Part shown: positions 46,723-57,153 of the stretch, one piece after another
How the letters are laid out: every line of letters starts with the position of its first letter
How positions within the stretch are numbered: position 1 is the stretch's first letter
DNA from: an uncultured Gammaproteobacteria bacterium
GTDB taxonomy: Bacteria > Patescibacteriota > Patescibacteriia > UBA9934 > GWF2-40-263
DNA: 64,000 bases
Reading direction: 5' to 3'
Assembly: GCA_964399675.1 (NCBI GenBank)
Contig: CAYNRK010000005.1
Location: 766-64,765 of the forward strand
Made by a program: the position numbers and the translations under genes
Notes under the pieces: model-generated
Told to the model about the DNA's origin: nothing
What the model saw: the letters and a program-made list of their open reading frames with translations, nothing else
The model's database searches: none

Positions 46723-47721
46723 ATGGTACAGAATGAAATAACGTTTATTTGCCCAGTATGCAATATGATTTTGGAGTTGTCTAGTGATAGTATTCAATGC
46801 TCTAATTGCAGATTACTTTTTAAGTTTCAAGATAATATCCCGCTGTTATTTTGGTCAAATGAATGGAACGATTCAAGGCAAGATATTACAAATACAATGA
46901 AGTCTTTTTATGAAGAAAATCCTTTTCCAAATTATGAAGAGTTTGATTCCAAATGGAGCTTGAAAGTGAAAGCAAGAAAAGGGGTTTTTGCTCGATTGCT
47001 TGATGACCAGATTCCTCATAATGCAAAAGTGCTCGAAGTTGGATGTGGTACCGGGCAATTGAGTAATTTTTTAGCAACAAAGTGGGGAAGAACCGTTTAT
47101 GCCACAGACATGTGTTTGAACTCTTTAAAATTAGGTCAGGAGTTCAAAGAAAAAAATCAGATTGATCAAGCAACTTTTTTACAAATGAATTTATTTAGAC
47201 CAGTATTTAAACCAGAAAGTTTTGATGTTGTGATTTGTAATGGTGTTCTACACCATACAAGTGATCCGTTTTTGGGTTTTCAGTCAATTGCGAATTTAGT
47301 AAAAAAGGATGGATATATTATTATTGGTCTTTATAACAAATTTGGAAGATTGATTACTGATATCAGACGAGCTATTTTTAATGTTTTTGACAACCGTTTT
47401 ACGTTTCTTGATAGTCGTCTGAGGGATCATGATGTTAGCAACACAAGAAAGCATATTTGGTTTATGGATCAATATAAAAATCCACATGAATCAAAACATA
47501 CAATTGGAGAAGTACAAGATTGGTTTGAGCAATCCGGGTTTGAATTTATAAATTGTTTACCAAAACTTACAATAACAGATTCATTTTTTTCTGATAAAAA
47601 ATTATTTAAAAAAAGACCAAAGGGGTCATTGACGGACCGTTTTTTGGTTCAATTGGAAACGGTGTTTCGAGGTGGAAGGGAAGGCGGTTTTTTTATAATG
47701 ATCGGTCGAAAGAAATTCTAG
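46723..47721 (+). CDS. SAM-dependent methyltransferase with an N-terminal zinc-ribbon
   Basis: CPVCN..(12)..CSNC ribbon, then motif I VLEVGCGTGQLSNFLA and a DVVICNGVLHH post-I region. Confidence 0.7.
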   Translation: MVQNEITFICPVCNMILELSSDSIQCSNCRLLFKFQDNIPLLFWSNEWNDSRQDITNTMKSFYEENPFPNYEEFDSKWSLKVKARKGVFARLLDDQIPHNAKVLEVGCGTGQLSNFLATKWGRTVYATDMCLNSLKLGQEFKEKNQIDQATFLQMNLFRPVFKPESFDVVICNGVLHHTSDPFLGFQSIANLVKKDGYIIIGLYNKFGRLITDIRRAIFNVFDNRFTFLDSRLRDHDVSNTRKHIWFMDQYKNPHESKHTIGEVQDWFEQSGFEFINCLPKLTITDSFFSDKKLFKKRPKGSLTDRFLVQLETVFRGGREGGFFIMIGRKKF

Positions 47722-48790
47722 TAGGTGAAACTACAGAATAAATTTTTTCATTATACGTAAATGCGATTTGATTCCAATCGTATTTTTTTACTTTAACAAG
47801 AGCTGTGTTTGCCAGTTGTTTTTTAAGAGCGTCATCTGTGAGTAAACGATTTGCTTGTTGTGAAATACCGGCCAGATTTTCTATTTCAACGAGTAGGGCG
47901 GTTTTATTATGTTCAGCAATATCCGGCACCATACCTACTTGTGTTGAAACAACTGGCACGCCGCTTGCCCAAGCCTCAAGGATTGATTTTGGCCCACCTT
48001 CAATTCGTGAGGTAATAAGGTAGAGATCAAGAGCATTATACATTTTCGGTAGTTCTTCTACTGTTTTTACATAAACGTGTTTATAGTCAATGCCATTTTG
48101 TTCAAGCCCACGTTTAACATATCCTCTGGCCGGTCCGGTTAACAGCACAAAGGGATTTAAGTGTTTAAGACGCGCGATTGTTTCAACAAGGACATCCGGG
48201 CCTTTGATCAATTTAGGTTTAAGTCCTTCATCCCAACCCACACCGTCTTTTTGAAATGAACCAATCACAAGTCTATTTTGATTGATTCCAAGACGACTTC
48301 GAACACCCTTTTTTTCTTCATCTGTTGCAGGTGTAAATAATGTTGTATCAACACCCAGTGGGATCACTACGATTTTTTTGTCATCAACACCGGCAGCGAT
48401 TAAATCATTCTTGGTTTTTTGGCAAGACGTATGAATCAGATGTAGATCTTGCTGCGCTTGTTTGATTAGTTTTAGTCGTGGATCATTTGGAACAACATGA
48501 AACCAAGTTAGGATTGGCTTGTTCGATGAATGGGCTTTGTGCCAACGGCCGTGGCGAAAAAAAGTATTAACCGAACCAAAATGAACGATTTGATTTCGCA
48601 ATCCGATCGGGGAGTAGGAGATACGTGCGCGTAATAAGGTTTGTCTGTTTAGTGCGCATGTGATGGATTGCCCATCATTTTTAATAGACCAATCGCATGC
48701 TTCAACAACATAAGTCAGCTGATATCCCGACAGGTTTGAGAGAAGATTCCAACGTATGCTAAATAGACGTTTAATTACGTTTTTTATCAT
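47693..48790 (-). CDS. Glycosyltransferase family 4
   Basis: ..LITSRIEGGPKSILEAWASGVPVVSTQVGMVPDIAEH.. Confidence 0.75.
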   Translation of the reverse strand: MIKNVIKRLFSIRWNLLSNLSGYQLTYVVEACDWSIKNDGQSITCALNRQTLLRARISYSPIGLRNQIVHFGSVNTFFRHGRWHKAHSSNKPILTWFHVVPNDPRLKLIKQAQQDLHLIHTSCQKTKNDLIAAGVDDKKIVVIPLGVDTTLFTPATDEEKKGVRSRLGINQNRLVIGSFQKDGVGWDEGLKPKLIKGPDVLVETIARLKHLNPFVLLTGPARGYVKRGLEQNGIDYKHVYVKTVEELPKMYNALDLYLITSRIEGGPKSILEAWASGVPVVSTQVGMVPDIAEHNKTALLVEIENLAGISQQANRLLTDDALKKQLANTALVKVKKYDWNQIAFTYNEKIYSVVSPTRISFDRSL

Positions 48791-49625
48791 ATTCTTCTAT
48801 CATCTCCTTTTGAAGGTGTTCCTGTTTTGGAAATGTTCTGGCTTTTTAATAGTTCAGAGTTATATTTTTCTACTTGTTCATGGAGTGAAAGTTGTAGTCC
48901 ATTTTCTTGTGCAAGTTGTATCAACGCTTGAATATCCTTTGTCAAACACTTTCCACCATAACCTCGATATCCTTTGTGAAAGATTTGAAGATGCATAGGT
49001 TCGATCCATTTGTCTGCTGCAGCTGCTTGTTTCACTTTTTCATATTCAATGCCGAGAGACTCGCAAAGATCATACATTTGGTTTGCAAATGCAACTTTAA
49101 GTGCGTAGAACGTATTGCTGAAGTACTTTACCATTTCAGCTTCTGTTGCTGGCATGGTTGTTTCATACGGTGCTCGTGCAAGAAGTCGAAGGATCTTATT
49201 GGCAAATTGTTTTGATTCGGTTTTTTTGTGTAACCAATAATTTGCCTGCAGGGAAACAGTGTGTCATTTTCTGCTGACGATTCAGTTAAAAATTCGGGAT
49301 TAAAAAAAAGTGTATGTTGCGAATATTTTTTTTGTAACATTTCTGTTGTCCCAGGAAGAACAGTAGATTTTATTACGACATTTTTTTCTCCTTTCAGATT
49401 ACCAATACTCTCTTCTACAAATGATAGATCAAATCCTCGCGTTTCATTATAGGGAGTTGGAACACAAATAAATACAATGTGTGCTTTATTGACCTCCTCG
49501 ATCGATCCAAGGTTTTTTCCTTTGTCAAACAAAAATAATTGGAGATTTTGTTGCTGTTCAAAATATCGTTGCAACGCACCTCCTACCATTCCGACTCCCA
49601 CAATACCAATTTGTCTTGTTTCCAT
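48787..49625 (-). pseudogene. ugd: UDP-glucose/GDP-mannose 6-dehydrogenase-family gene split by a frameshift in an A7 homopolymer
   Basis: N-part (49625..49128): IGIVGVGMVGGA Rossmann fold, NPEFLTE, ..RQIIGYTKK. C-part (from 49155 down to 48787): TEAEMVKYFSNTFYALKVAFANQMYDL.., GYGGKCLTKD. Homology continues in the second frame upstream of its ATG (..HKKTESKQFANKILRLLARAPYETT). The two frames meet at the ttttttt run at 49221..49227 (A7 on the coding strand); one extra A would give a continuous ~280-aa ORF. Confidence 0.6.
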
Positions 49626-49634
49626 AAAAAGAAT

Positions 49635-50765
49635 TTATTGAATATAAAGGGAAAGTTCTTGTCTCAGCACAGATTCAAGGCCAAAGCTTTCTTCAATCGT
49701 TTTTCGAGCCTCAATTGTTATTTGGTTTTTTAAATCAGGATTTGCCAGAACTTCTTTTATTGCTGGGCTAATCGATTCAACATTTGTTTCACAAAGATAT
49801 CCATTTTGTTTATGAATAATAATTTCTCGTACTCCCACCACATCTGTACCAATCACTGGAAGTCCACATGCCATGGCCTCAAGCAAAACCTTTGGATTGC
49901 CCTCAAATAATGATGGCAAAATAAATAGTTCGCTCTTGTTTAATTCAATAGGTAATTGTTCATTTGGAACATTCCCTAGAAATTCCACGTTGACTTGTAG
50001 ATTTTTTACAAGGGTTTTTAATTCTCGTTCTTTTTCTCCTGAACCGATAAGGACAAGTCGAATTTCGGTTTTCTCCAGCGCCTTAATCAGATTGAGAAGG
50101 TTTTTGTCATCAGCGAATTTTGCAATACAACAAATTCGTCCTTTTTCTTTTTGAACCTCGGGCATGTATTTAAAAAGTTTTGTATCAATGTAGTTGGGAA
50201 TGACGAGTATCTTACTTTCGGATACAGCAAATTCTTTTGTAATGAATTGTTTGGCTTCTTTTGAACTAATTATAATTTTATCTGCCATTGAATAGACTAT
50301 TTTTTCAACAATCCATATGATTATTCTTTGCCAAACAGGTTTATTGCGTAGCTTTGAAAACAGAAACCATTCAAAACCGGCGCGTGCAATAAGAGATTTC
50401 TTGTACAACAACTTTGCAATTACCGCAGCCAAACCTCCTTTTATTTGGTTCGTTTTATAAATGTCGACTCTTTTTAATGTTTCTCTTTCAACAAATGGCA
50501 AAAGTAGCATGTAAAGAGAATCAGGTGCATTAATTTTTTTAGGAACAATTTCAATATTTTCAGGAAGTCGATTTTTATATTCCAGATCTTCTTTATTTCC
50601 ATAAGTAAAGAAATAAATTTTGTTGAAGTGCTTAGCGAGTTCTTTGTACAGTTTTAATTCGCGAGATAAGTTTCCCACCTCATCCCATATTTTTAAAGAA
50701 ATCCCGCAGGTAAAAAATAATGCGAGATTTTTTTTCTTTAAATTTTGAGTTTCAGAAAGGTTCAC
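49635..50765 (-). CDS. Glycosyltransferase family 4
   Basis: ..LFILPSLFEGNPKVLLEAMACGLPVIGTDVVGVREII.. Confidence 0.8.
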   Translation of the reverse strand: MNLSETQNLKKKNLALFFTCGISLKIWDEVGNLSRELKLYKELAKHFNKIYFFTYGNKEDLEYKNRLPENIEIVPKKINAPDSLYMLLLPFVERETLKRVDIYKTNQIKGGLAAVIAKLLYKKSLIARAGFEWFLFSKLRNKPVWQRIIIWIVEKIVYSMADKIIISSKEAKQFITKEFAVSESKILVIPNYIDTKLFKYMPEVQKEKGRICCIAKFADDKNLLNLIKALEKTEIRLVLIGSGEKERELKTLVKNLQVNVEFLGNVPNEQLPIELNKSELFILPSLFEGNPKVLLEAMACGLPVIGTDVVGVREIIIHKQNGYLCETNVESISPAIKEVLANPDLKNQITIEARKTIEESFGLESVLRQELSLYIQ

Positions 50766-51781
50766 AAATGACGCAAGGTTAATGTGCGATCCTCAAATCG
50801 TACATTGTCATTATTTGTTTCATTATGAAAGTTAACGTACCAATCAAGAAATCGTTTCATACCATCCTCTAATCTTACTTTGGGTTGCCAGTCTAATAAT
50901 TCCTTTGCTTTGTTAATATCTGCGTAAGTTCGTCTCATATCACCCGGTTGCATGGGAAGATAATTTTTCACAGCTTCTTTGCCCAAATTTTGTTCAATCA
51001 ACCCAATAAATTTTCCAAGCGAATCTGGGTTTCCTTGTCCTAAATTAATAATTTCCCAGGAGTTGTTTTTTTGAATTGCTTGAACAACTCCATCTACAAT
51101 ATCATCAATGTATGTGAAGTCGCGTTCCATATCACCTTGCCCATAAACATCAATTGGCTCTCCATTCAATATGCTTTTTGTGAATTTAAAATATGCCATG
51201 TCAGGACGTCCCCATGGACCGTACACAGTAAAGTATCGCAAGCAGGTGATTGGAGTGTTGTAAAGCCGGTGGTAAGCATGTGCAATGAGTTCACCTGATT
51301 TTTTTGTAGCTGCATAAAGCGAGACGGGCTTGTCGGTCATTTGTTCTTCTTTCAGTGGGAACTGTTGGGTATCACCATAAACAGATGAACTTGATGCAAG
51401 CACCATTCCTTTAATTTTAAACATTCGAGCAAGCTCGAGTAAATTTAAAGTGCCATTGAAATTTGTGCGTGCATATTTAAAAGGTACGGTTCCGGCGTAG
51501 CGCACTCCAGCTTGTGCGGCTTGGTGGCACACATAATCAATTTTGTGTTTTTTGAAAATCTGTTCAAGGGCAGTGTAATTTTCAATATCAGCTCGATACA
51601 ATGTAAAAGGCACATCCTTTAAGAATTCTCTAATCCTAGCTTCTTTGAGCTTTGGATCATAGTAGGGATTGAAATTATCAATTACAATAATCTCATGACC
51701 CATTTCAGCCAGTTTTTTTACCAAATGAGAGCCAATAAACCCAGCCCCGCCAGTGACTAGAATGGTGTGTTTTGATAACAT
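50762..51781 (-). CDS. NAD-dependent nucleotide-sugar epimerase (UDP-glucuronate 4-epimerase / GalE-like SDR)
   Basis: ILVTGGAGFIGSHLVKKL, a YAATKKSGE (YxxxK) block, and ~340 aa extended SDR. Confidence 0.8.
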   Translation of the reverse strand: MLSKHTILVTGGAGFIGSHLVKKLAEMGHEIIVIDNFNPYYDPKLKEARIREFLKDVPFTLYRADIENYTALEQIFKKHKIDYVCHQAAQAGVRYAGTVPFKYARTNFNGTLNLLELARMFKIKGMVLASSSSVYGDTQQFPLKEEQMTDKPVSLYAATKKSGELIAHAYHRLYNTPITCLRYFTVYGPWGRPDMAYFKFTKSILNGEPIDVYGQGDMERDFTYIDDIVDGVVQAIQKNNSWEIINLGQGNPDSLGKFIGLIEQNLGKEAVKNYLPMQPGDMRRTYADINKAKELLDWQPKVRLEDGMKRFLDWYVNFHNETNNDNVRFEDRTLTLRHL

Positions 51782-51840
51782 AACCTTGGTATTATAGCAG
51801 AATGATCTTATGCAAAAAGCCAGAATGAGTAAAGAGCCTG

Positions 51841-53907
51841 TTGTGTTTTATTTTAATTATGACTAACAGAATGAGCACAGTGAAAAAGGCTGATGTTTTA
51901 CTACAACTTGTGAAGTTTGGTATTTACGGGCTTTTTGTTGTCCCCATGCTAAATTGGCATTCGCTCATGTTTTCTTTTGAAACAACTAAGGGCTTGCTAA
52001 TCATTGTTATTGCCGAGATTGTTTTTGTTCTTTATTTGTGGCTAATCTCTGTTGCGCCTCAATATCGTCCTTCTTTTGGTTTAATAGAAAAAACGTTATT
52101 CTTTTTTATTGCAATTTTTTCTCTCGCATCGTTTTTTGGAATAGATCCTTTATTCAGTTTTTGGGGAGATGTTGATCGAATGACAGGTGGGTTTATCTGG
52201 CTTCACCTTATTGCGATTTTTGTTGTGTTAGTTGGTGTTTTTAGGTCTGAAAGAGAATGGTTACATTTATTTTCATTTTCAATCGGCATTGCACTTTTTA
52301 TTGTTTTTTTACATTTTTTAACAAAGCTGGGATTTGATTTGATTCCGGATCATCGTGCTGGGTCAACGTTTGGTAATTCATCATATTTTGCAGTCTACCT
52401 TTTGTTTCATGTCTTTTTTTCATTTTTTGTTGCGCTTCATGCAAAAACAAAACAAATGAAAATTTATGGTCTATTATCATTTTTATTTCTAATCGTTGCG
52501 CTTTTTTTTGTGCCCGCCAATGCAGTGAGATATGCTGTTTTTGGAGGATTGATACTTTGCTTTGCGCTTATTCTAATTAGTCATGGCAAAGCAAAATTGC
52601 AAATCTGGTCTGGGTGGATCCTTCTTGGTATTTTGTCTTTGTTTTCGTTTATCATAATATTTACAGCCTTTCAGCCCGGTAGTAAGTCGCATGAACATTT
52701 TGTAGAAATATCTTCTGAAGCAAGATTTGTTGTGTGGAATATTGCCTGGGAAGGAATCAAGGAACGCCCGTTTTTTGGTTGGGGGCCTGAGAATTTTAAG
52801 TATGTTTTTTTGAAATATTATGATCCTTGCTTTGGATCAAAAAGATGCGGTCCTGAGATGTCTTTTGACCGTGCTCACAATAAGATACTTGATTCTTTGA
52901 TTGAGTATGGTTTTATTGGATCAGTTTTTTATTTAATGATTTTTGTAGCGGCAATTTTTGAGCTTTGGAAAAGAAAAAACAGAAAAAGACTTGGATTTAT
53001 ACCTGCGATTTTTACCTCGCTCGTGATCGCATACTTTATACAGAATTTAACCATTCTTGATGTATCTACAAGCTTGCTATTTTTTATTATAGTATTATCT
53101 TTCGTTTCTGTTTCCATTAACAAGCAGTTTTTTCAAGACAAGCGCCCAGTACTTTCTGATCCTATGAAAAAGAAGAACATAGCGTTACCTCTGATTGCTT
53201 CTTTGCTTTTTCCAATCAGCCTTTTTTATTTTTTTGTTCAGCCTGCACGAGCGTCTGTGGCTGCGCTAAAGATCGATGGCAGAATGACACATGCCAGACG
53301 AATTGAATTATTCCAAATCGCAGCAGATGCCTCCCCATTTGGTTTAAGAACAAGACGAGGTTATATTTGTTTTCAAACTATTAAGTGGATTTGGGCCAAT
53401 GGGTCGGAATTGATTGTTTCAAATCGTCCTTTGATCGAGGATGAGATAAAGCGTACAGAAGAATATTTATTAGATACTTTAGAGAGAACACCAAACTATC
53501 TAAGAGGTTACATTGAGTTGGGGGCTCTTTATCAGCTAAGCGGGCGTTTTGTAAATCCAGAAGACTTTCAAAAAGCTGAAAATATTTTACTAAAAGCCGC
53601 ACAGTTAAATCCCAATCATCCAAATCCATTTTGGGCACTAGCGTCACTTTATGTTGAACAGGGAAGATACAAAGAGGCGTTAACACTCACACAGGAGGTT
53701 ATTGCCAGAGATCCAATGGTTATTGAAGCGCAAATAAATGATTTGGTTGTATCAAAATTTTTGGATGATCAGGATCAACTGGAAGAAAAAGCTCAGCGTA
53801 TCTCAAAGATTTTTCCTCAATATGCACATGTAGTTGATAATGTTATGAAAGCGGATATACAAGAACAGTTTCATGTGCTTCTTTATGAAATTTATGGAGG
53901 TTTTTAA
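51841..53907 (+). CDS. O-antigen ligase/polymerase-like (Wzy_C) membrane protein with C-terminal TPR repeats
   Basis: ~10 TM helices; Wzy_C-like core (..GSTFGNSSYFAVYLLF.., WNIAWEGIKERPFFGWGPENFKYVF, FDRAHNKILDSLIEYGFIG); C-terminal TPR-like helices. Paralog of 53935..55980. Confidence 0.65.
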   Translation: MCFILIMTNRMSTVKKADVLLQLVKFGIYGLFVVPMLNWHSLMFSFETTKGLLIIVIAEIVFVLYLWLISVAPQYRPSFGLIEKTLFFFIAIFSLASFFGIDPLFSFWGDVDRMTGGFIWLHLIAIFVVLVGVFRSEREWLHLFSFSIGIALFIVFLHFLTKLGFDLIPDHRAGSTFGNSSYFAVYLLFHVFFSFFVALHAKTKQMKIYGLLSFLFLIVALFFVPANAVRYAVFGGLILCFALILISHGKAKLQIWSGWILLGILSLFSFIIIFTAFQPGSKSHEHFVEISSEARFVVWNIAWEGIKERPFFGWGPENFKYVFLKYYDPCFGSKRCGPEMSFDRAHNKILDSLIEYGFIGSVFYLMIFVAAIFELWKRKNRKRLGFIPAIFTSLVIAYFIQNLTILDVSTSLLFFIIVLSFVSVSINKQFFQDKRPVLSDPMKKKNIALPLIASLLFPISLFYFFVQPARASVAALKIDGRMTHARRIELFQIAADASPFGLRTRRGYICFQTIKWIWANGSELIVSNRPLIEDEIKRTEEYLLDTLERTPNYLRGYIELGALYQLSGRFVNPEDFQKAENILLKAAQLNPNHPNPFWALASLYVEQGRYKEALTLTQEVIARDPMVIEAQINDLVVSKFLDDQDQLEEKAQRISKIFPQYAHVVDNVMKADIQEQFHVLLYEIYGGF

Positions 53908-53934
53908 TTATTTAGATTAATGTAGGCAATAGTT

Positions 53935-55980
53935 ATGCAAAAAGCCGAAATAAGTAAAGATCCTTCAATGCTTGGATACATAAAGGTTGGAATTTGTCTG
54001 CTCATGTTTACTCCGCTGGTTCATGGCAAGGTTTTTTATTTTCCATATTCAAGCACAAAAACCTTCTTTTTTCTTGCTGTGATTGAAGTGATTTTTCTTT
54101 GTTACGCCTGGCTCATTTTTTTTCATCCACAGTATCGTCCACGGTTTAGTTTAATGGGGAAGTCCTTGTTTCTATTTGTCGGGATACTTTTGTTGGCATC
54201 AATTTTCGGCAATGATCCTGTCTATAGTTTTTGGGGAGGTGCCATGCGGTCTCTGAGCATAATTGTTTGGATTCATTTAGCCGGTCTGTATATCGTGCTT
54301 GTTTCCGTGTTTCGTACAATAAAAGATTGGCAAAATTTATTGCTGGTGTCTGTTTGTGTTGGTGTTGTTGTATCACTGATCTATCTATTGTCGCTTGCTG
54401 GTTTTGATTTATTTGTTAAACCAAAATCTGGATCTACACTTGGCAATTCATCTTTTTTAGGTGCGTATCTTTTGTTTCAAATCAGCTTTGCTTTTCTTTT
54501 GGCTTTTATCAAAACAAATTCATGGAAACGCACGTTCGGAATTTGCAGTTTTATTTTTCTTGTTTTTACTCTTTTGCAAACCCATGCAAATGCAGCGATT
54601 TTTTCTTTATATGGAGCCGTTGTTCTTTTTCTCGCACTCTTTTTGATTACTCGTAAAAAAAGCATGTTTCAGAAGAACGCAGGCAAGTTGTTGCTTGTTG
54701 GATTAGGTGTTGCTTTTTTTTCCTTTCTTGTTCTTACGTTTGTTCCTGAAAGTTTTGTGCGCGAATTCATTATTGATAAATCAAGCGGTACACGTTTTGT
54801 TTTGTGGGATATTGCCTGGAAAGGCATTAAGGAACGGCCGCTATTAGGCTGGGGTCTTGAAAATTACCAAAATCTTTTTGCGAAATTTTACAATCCTTGT
54901 TTGGGATCACAGGCATGCGGATTTGAAATTTGGTTTGATCGAGCACACAATAAAATTCTTGATGTTCTTGTTGAAACCGGGGTAATTGGATTAATTGCCT
55001 ATATGAGTATTTTCGTTTCCGCCCTTTTGACGATTTGGAGATCTTATAAAAAACAAATGATTAACGGGATTGTGGTTTCGTTGATTCTTGCAATCTTGGC
55101 TGCCTATTTTGTCATGAACTTAACAGTTTTTGACACCCTATTAAGTTATGTTTTCTGGTTGGTACTTCTAGCATTTATTGAAGTTACAACAAGATCAAAT
55201 ATTGACCAAGAGTTAAATCACACAAAGCGCAAGGTAATTATTCCTGCGCTCGTGCCAGTTATTGCCACTCTTGTCATGCCTGTTACATTTTTCTTTTTTG
55301 TCATTCAACCTGTTCGTGCAAACATTGCAACAAGAAATGTTGTTATTAGCATGACAATGAATGAGCGTTTTTCAGATTATGAAAAAGCTTTGGGAATTTC
55401 TATGATGGGTATTGATAAGCGGAGATCTTTTTTAGCAGCACAGACAACAGCGCTAATTTGGGATACAGATCTCAAGATACTACAAGACAACAAAGAATTA
55501 TTTCAAAAAGAATTATGGTTAGCGCAAAATGGTTTAATACAGACAATAGAACGCCGCCCAAATTATTTGCGGGCATATTTAGATCTTGGATTTCTATATC
55601 AAACAGAAGCGCGATTTTATAATCCTGTGATGTATAAAGATGCAGAAGAAATTACTATTCGGGCATTGGAGTTAAATCCAAACAGTCCTCTTCCTTATTG
55701 GGCGCTTGTTTCGATTTATATTGATCAAGATCAAATTAAGAAAGCGCTGCCATTTGTTGAGAAAGCTGTGGCTTTAGATTCGCAGGTGCCTGACTCTCAT
55801 CTGCGACGTCTTGTTGCTATGAAATTTACCGAAGATAAAAATTTAATCCAACAGGCAATAGATGAATCACTTCAAACCCATCCCACACTTGAAGAAAAAA
55901 TACAGACTCTCATTTCAGCTGATCTTGATCAGTACAGGGATATTTTATTGTTCAGATTTTATTACGATGCGCGGTTATAG
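53935..55980 (+). CDS. O-antigen ligase/polymerase-like (Wzy_C) membrane protein with C-terminal TPR repeats (tandem paralog)
   Basis: Same blocks as 51841..53907 (GSTLGNSSFLGAYLLF, WDIAWKGIKERPLLGWGLENYQNLF, FDRAHNKILDVLVETGVIG). Confidence 0.65.
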   Translation: MQKAEISKDPSMLGYIKVGICLLMFTPLVHGKVFYFPYSSTKTFFFLAVIEVIFLCYAWLIFFHPQYRPRFSLMGKSLFLFVGILLLASIFGNDPVYSFWGGAMRSLSIIVWIHLAGLYIVLVSVFRTIKDWQNLLLVSVCVGVVVSLIYLLSLAGFDLFVKPKSGSTLGNSSFLGAYLLFQISFAFLLAFIKTNSWKRTFGICSFIFLVFTLLQTHANAAIFSLYGAVVLFLALFLITRKKSMFQKNAGKLLLVGLGVAFFSFLVLTFVPESFVREFIIDKSSGTRFVLWDIAWKGIKERPLLGWGLENYQNLFAKFYNPCLGSQACGFEIWFDRAHNKILDVLVETGVIGLIAYMSIFVSALLTIWRSYKKQMINGIVVSLILAILAAYFVMNLTVFDTLLSYVFWLVLLAFIEVTTRSNIDQELNHTKRKVIIPALVPVIATLVMPVTFFFFVIQPVRANIATRNVVISMTMNERFSDYEKALGISMMGIDKRRSFLAAQTTALIWDTDLKILQDNKELFQKELWLAQNGLIQTIERRPNYLRAYLDLGFLYQTEARFYNPVMYKDAEEITIRALELNPNSPLPYWALVSIYIDQDQIKKALPFVEKAVALDSQVPDSHLRRLVAMKFTEDKNLIQQAIDESLQTHPTLEEKIQTLISADLDQYRDILLFRFYYDARL

Positions 55981-55985
55981 TTAAG

Positions 55986-56906
55986 CTACCGTTCGTTATT
56001 CAACACCTCTTTTAGTTCATGAGGAAGATCAACTTCAAAGCTGCGTTGTTTTTTGTTTGAGAGTTTAATGGTTAGTTTTCGCGCGTGTAAGAAAATTCTA
56101 TCAAGTTTAATGGGTTTAATATTTTTCATCCGTTTTTTTTTATAAAGTTTATCGCCAACTATTGGATGATCAAGTGCTTGAAAGTGCACGCGGATTTGAT
56201 GTGTGCGACCAGTTAGGATTTTAACGCGCACATAGGTTGTTTTTTTGAGTCGTTCAATAACATCGTATTGCGTGATGGCATCTTTTCCTTCTTGCGATTC
56301 AGGGCGTGCAACCATGCGACCACGTGCTCTTGATCTTGCAATGCGTAATTTTATTTCATCAAAATCTTTTGGCAGTTCACCATAGACCAGTGCTAAGTAT
56401 TCTTTTTCAACAGTTCGTGTTTGAAATTGATGTTTGAGATTTTCAAACATCTCTTGTGTTTTTGCAACCACCATTACACCGGAAACATCCTTATCCAATC
56501 TGTGCACAATACCGGGTCGGGTTGGATCATCGCCTACGTCTGCAATTTCAGGAAAGATTTCCAAAAGACCATCAACCAAAGTGTGCTCAGTGTCTTGATC
56601 ATTTACTTGATGGACAATAAGTCTGGCTGGTTTGTTAATTACAAACACATCATCGTCTTGATAGATTACATCAAGAAGTGGGGTACGGCCTTTTTTTGTT
56701 GCTGGTGTTTCTTGTTCGACTTCTGGGTAAAATAAAACATCTCCAGTTTGCACAGGTGATTTGGGTTTGCAAGGTTTGTTATTAAGCAAGATGCTTTGTC
56801 TTTTAATGAGCTTTTGGATTTGTGATCGCGAGAGCTCCATGTGATCTGTTAGAATATGGTCAACACGTTTTCCATTTTGATCTTCTGTAATAGTTATTGT
56901 TGGCAT
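55986..56906 (-). CDS. rluD: RluA-family 23S rRNA pseudouridine synthase (RluD-like, S4 domain)
   Basis: N-terminal S4 domain (RVDHILTDHMELSRSQIQKLIK), the catalytic HRLDKDVSGVMVVAKT block and GRTHQIRVHF. Confidence 0.85.
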   Translation of the reverse strand: MPTITITEDQNGKRVDHILTDHMELSRSQIQKLIKRQSILLNNKPCKPKSPVQTGDVLFYPEVEQETPATKKGRTPLLDVIYQDDDVFVINKPARLIVHQVNDQDTEHTLVDGLLEIFPEIADVGDDPTRPGIVHRLDKDVSGVMVVAKTQEMFENLKHQFQTRTVEKEYLALVYGELPKDFDEIKLRIARSRARGRMVARPESQEGKDAITQYDVIERLKKTTYVRVKILTGRTHQIRVHFQALDHPIVGDKLYKKKRMKNIKPIKLDRIFLHARKLTIKLSNKKQRSFEVDLPHELKEVLNNER

Positions 56907-57153
56907 AAGATTAGCTCAAAGCAATCGCGCGGAAAAAGAGTCCAAAAAAGACAATTAAAATAATGGCAGCAATAAGAAGCCCGGTCATTCCAACGATTCC
57001 TTCTTTATCTTGTGTTTTAATGGCGCGACGTAAGAAAATTATCGCAATAATCAATACAATGACACCAAGGAGAAAATAGGACATATTTGGTATTTGTTAT
57101 CATTATATCAGGTTGACAAGAAGTGGTGATATAATAGAGTGACTTGGTTACAC

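Noticed and set aside
56922-57085. ~56-aa hydrophobic minus-strand ORF (MSYFLLGVIVLIIAIIFLRRAIKTQDKEGIVGMTGLLIAAIILIVFFGLFFRAIALS) between rluD and tRNA-Ile
   Set aside because: Plausible small membrane protein, but below the size where sequence alone gives confidence; not in the ORF track. Left as a note.
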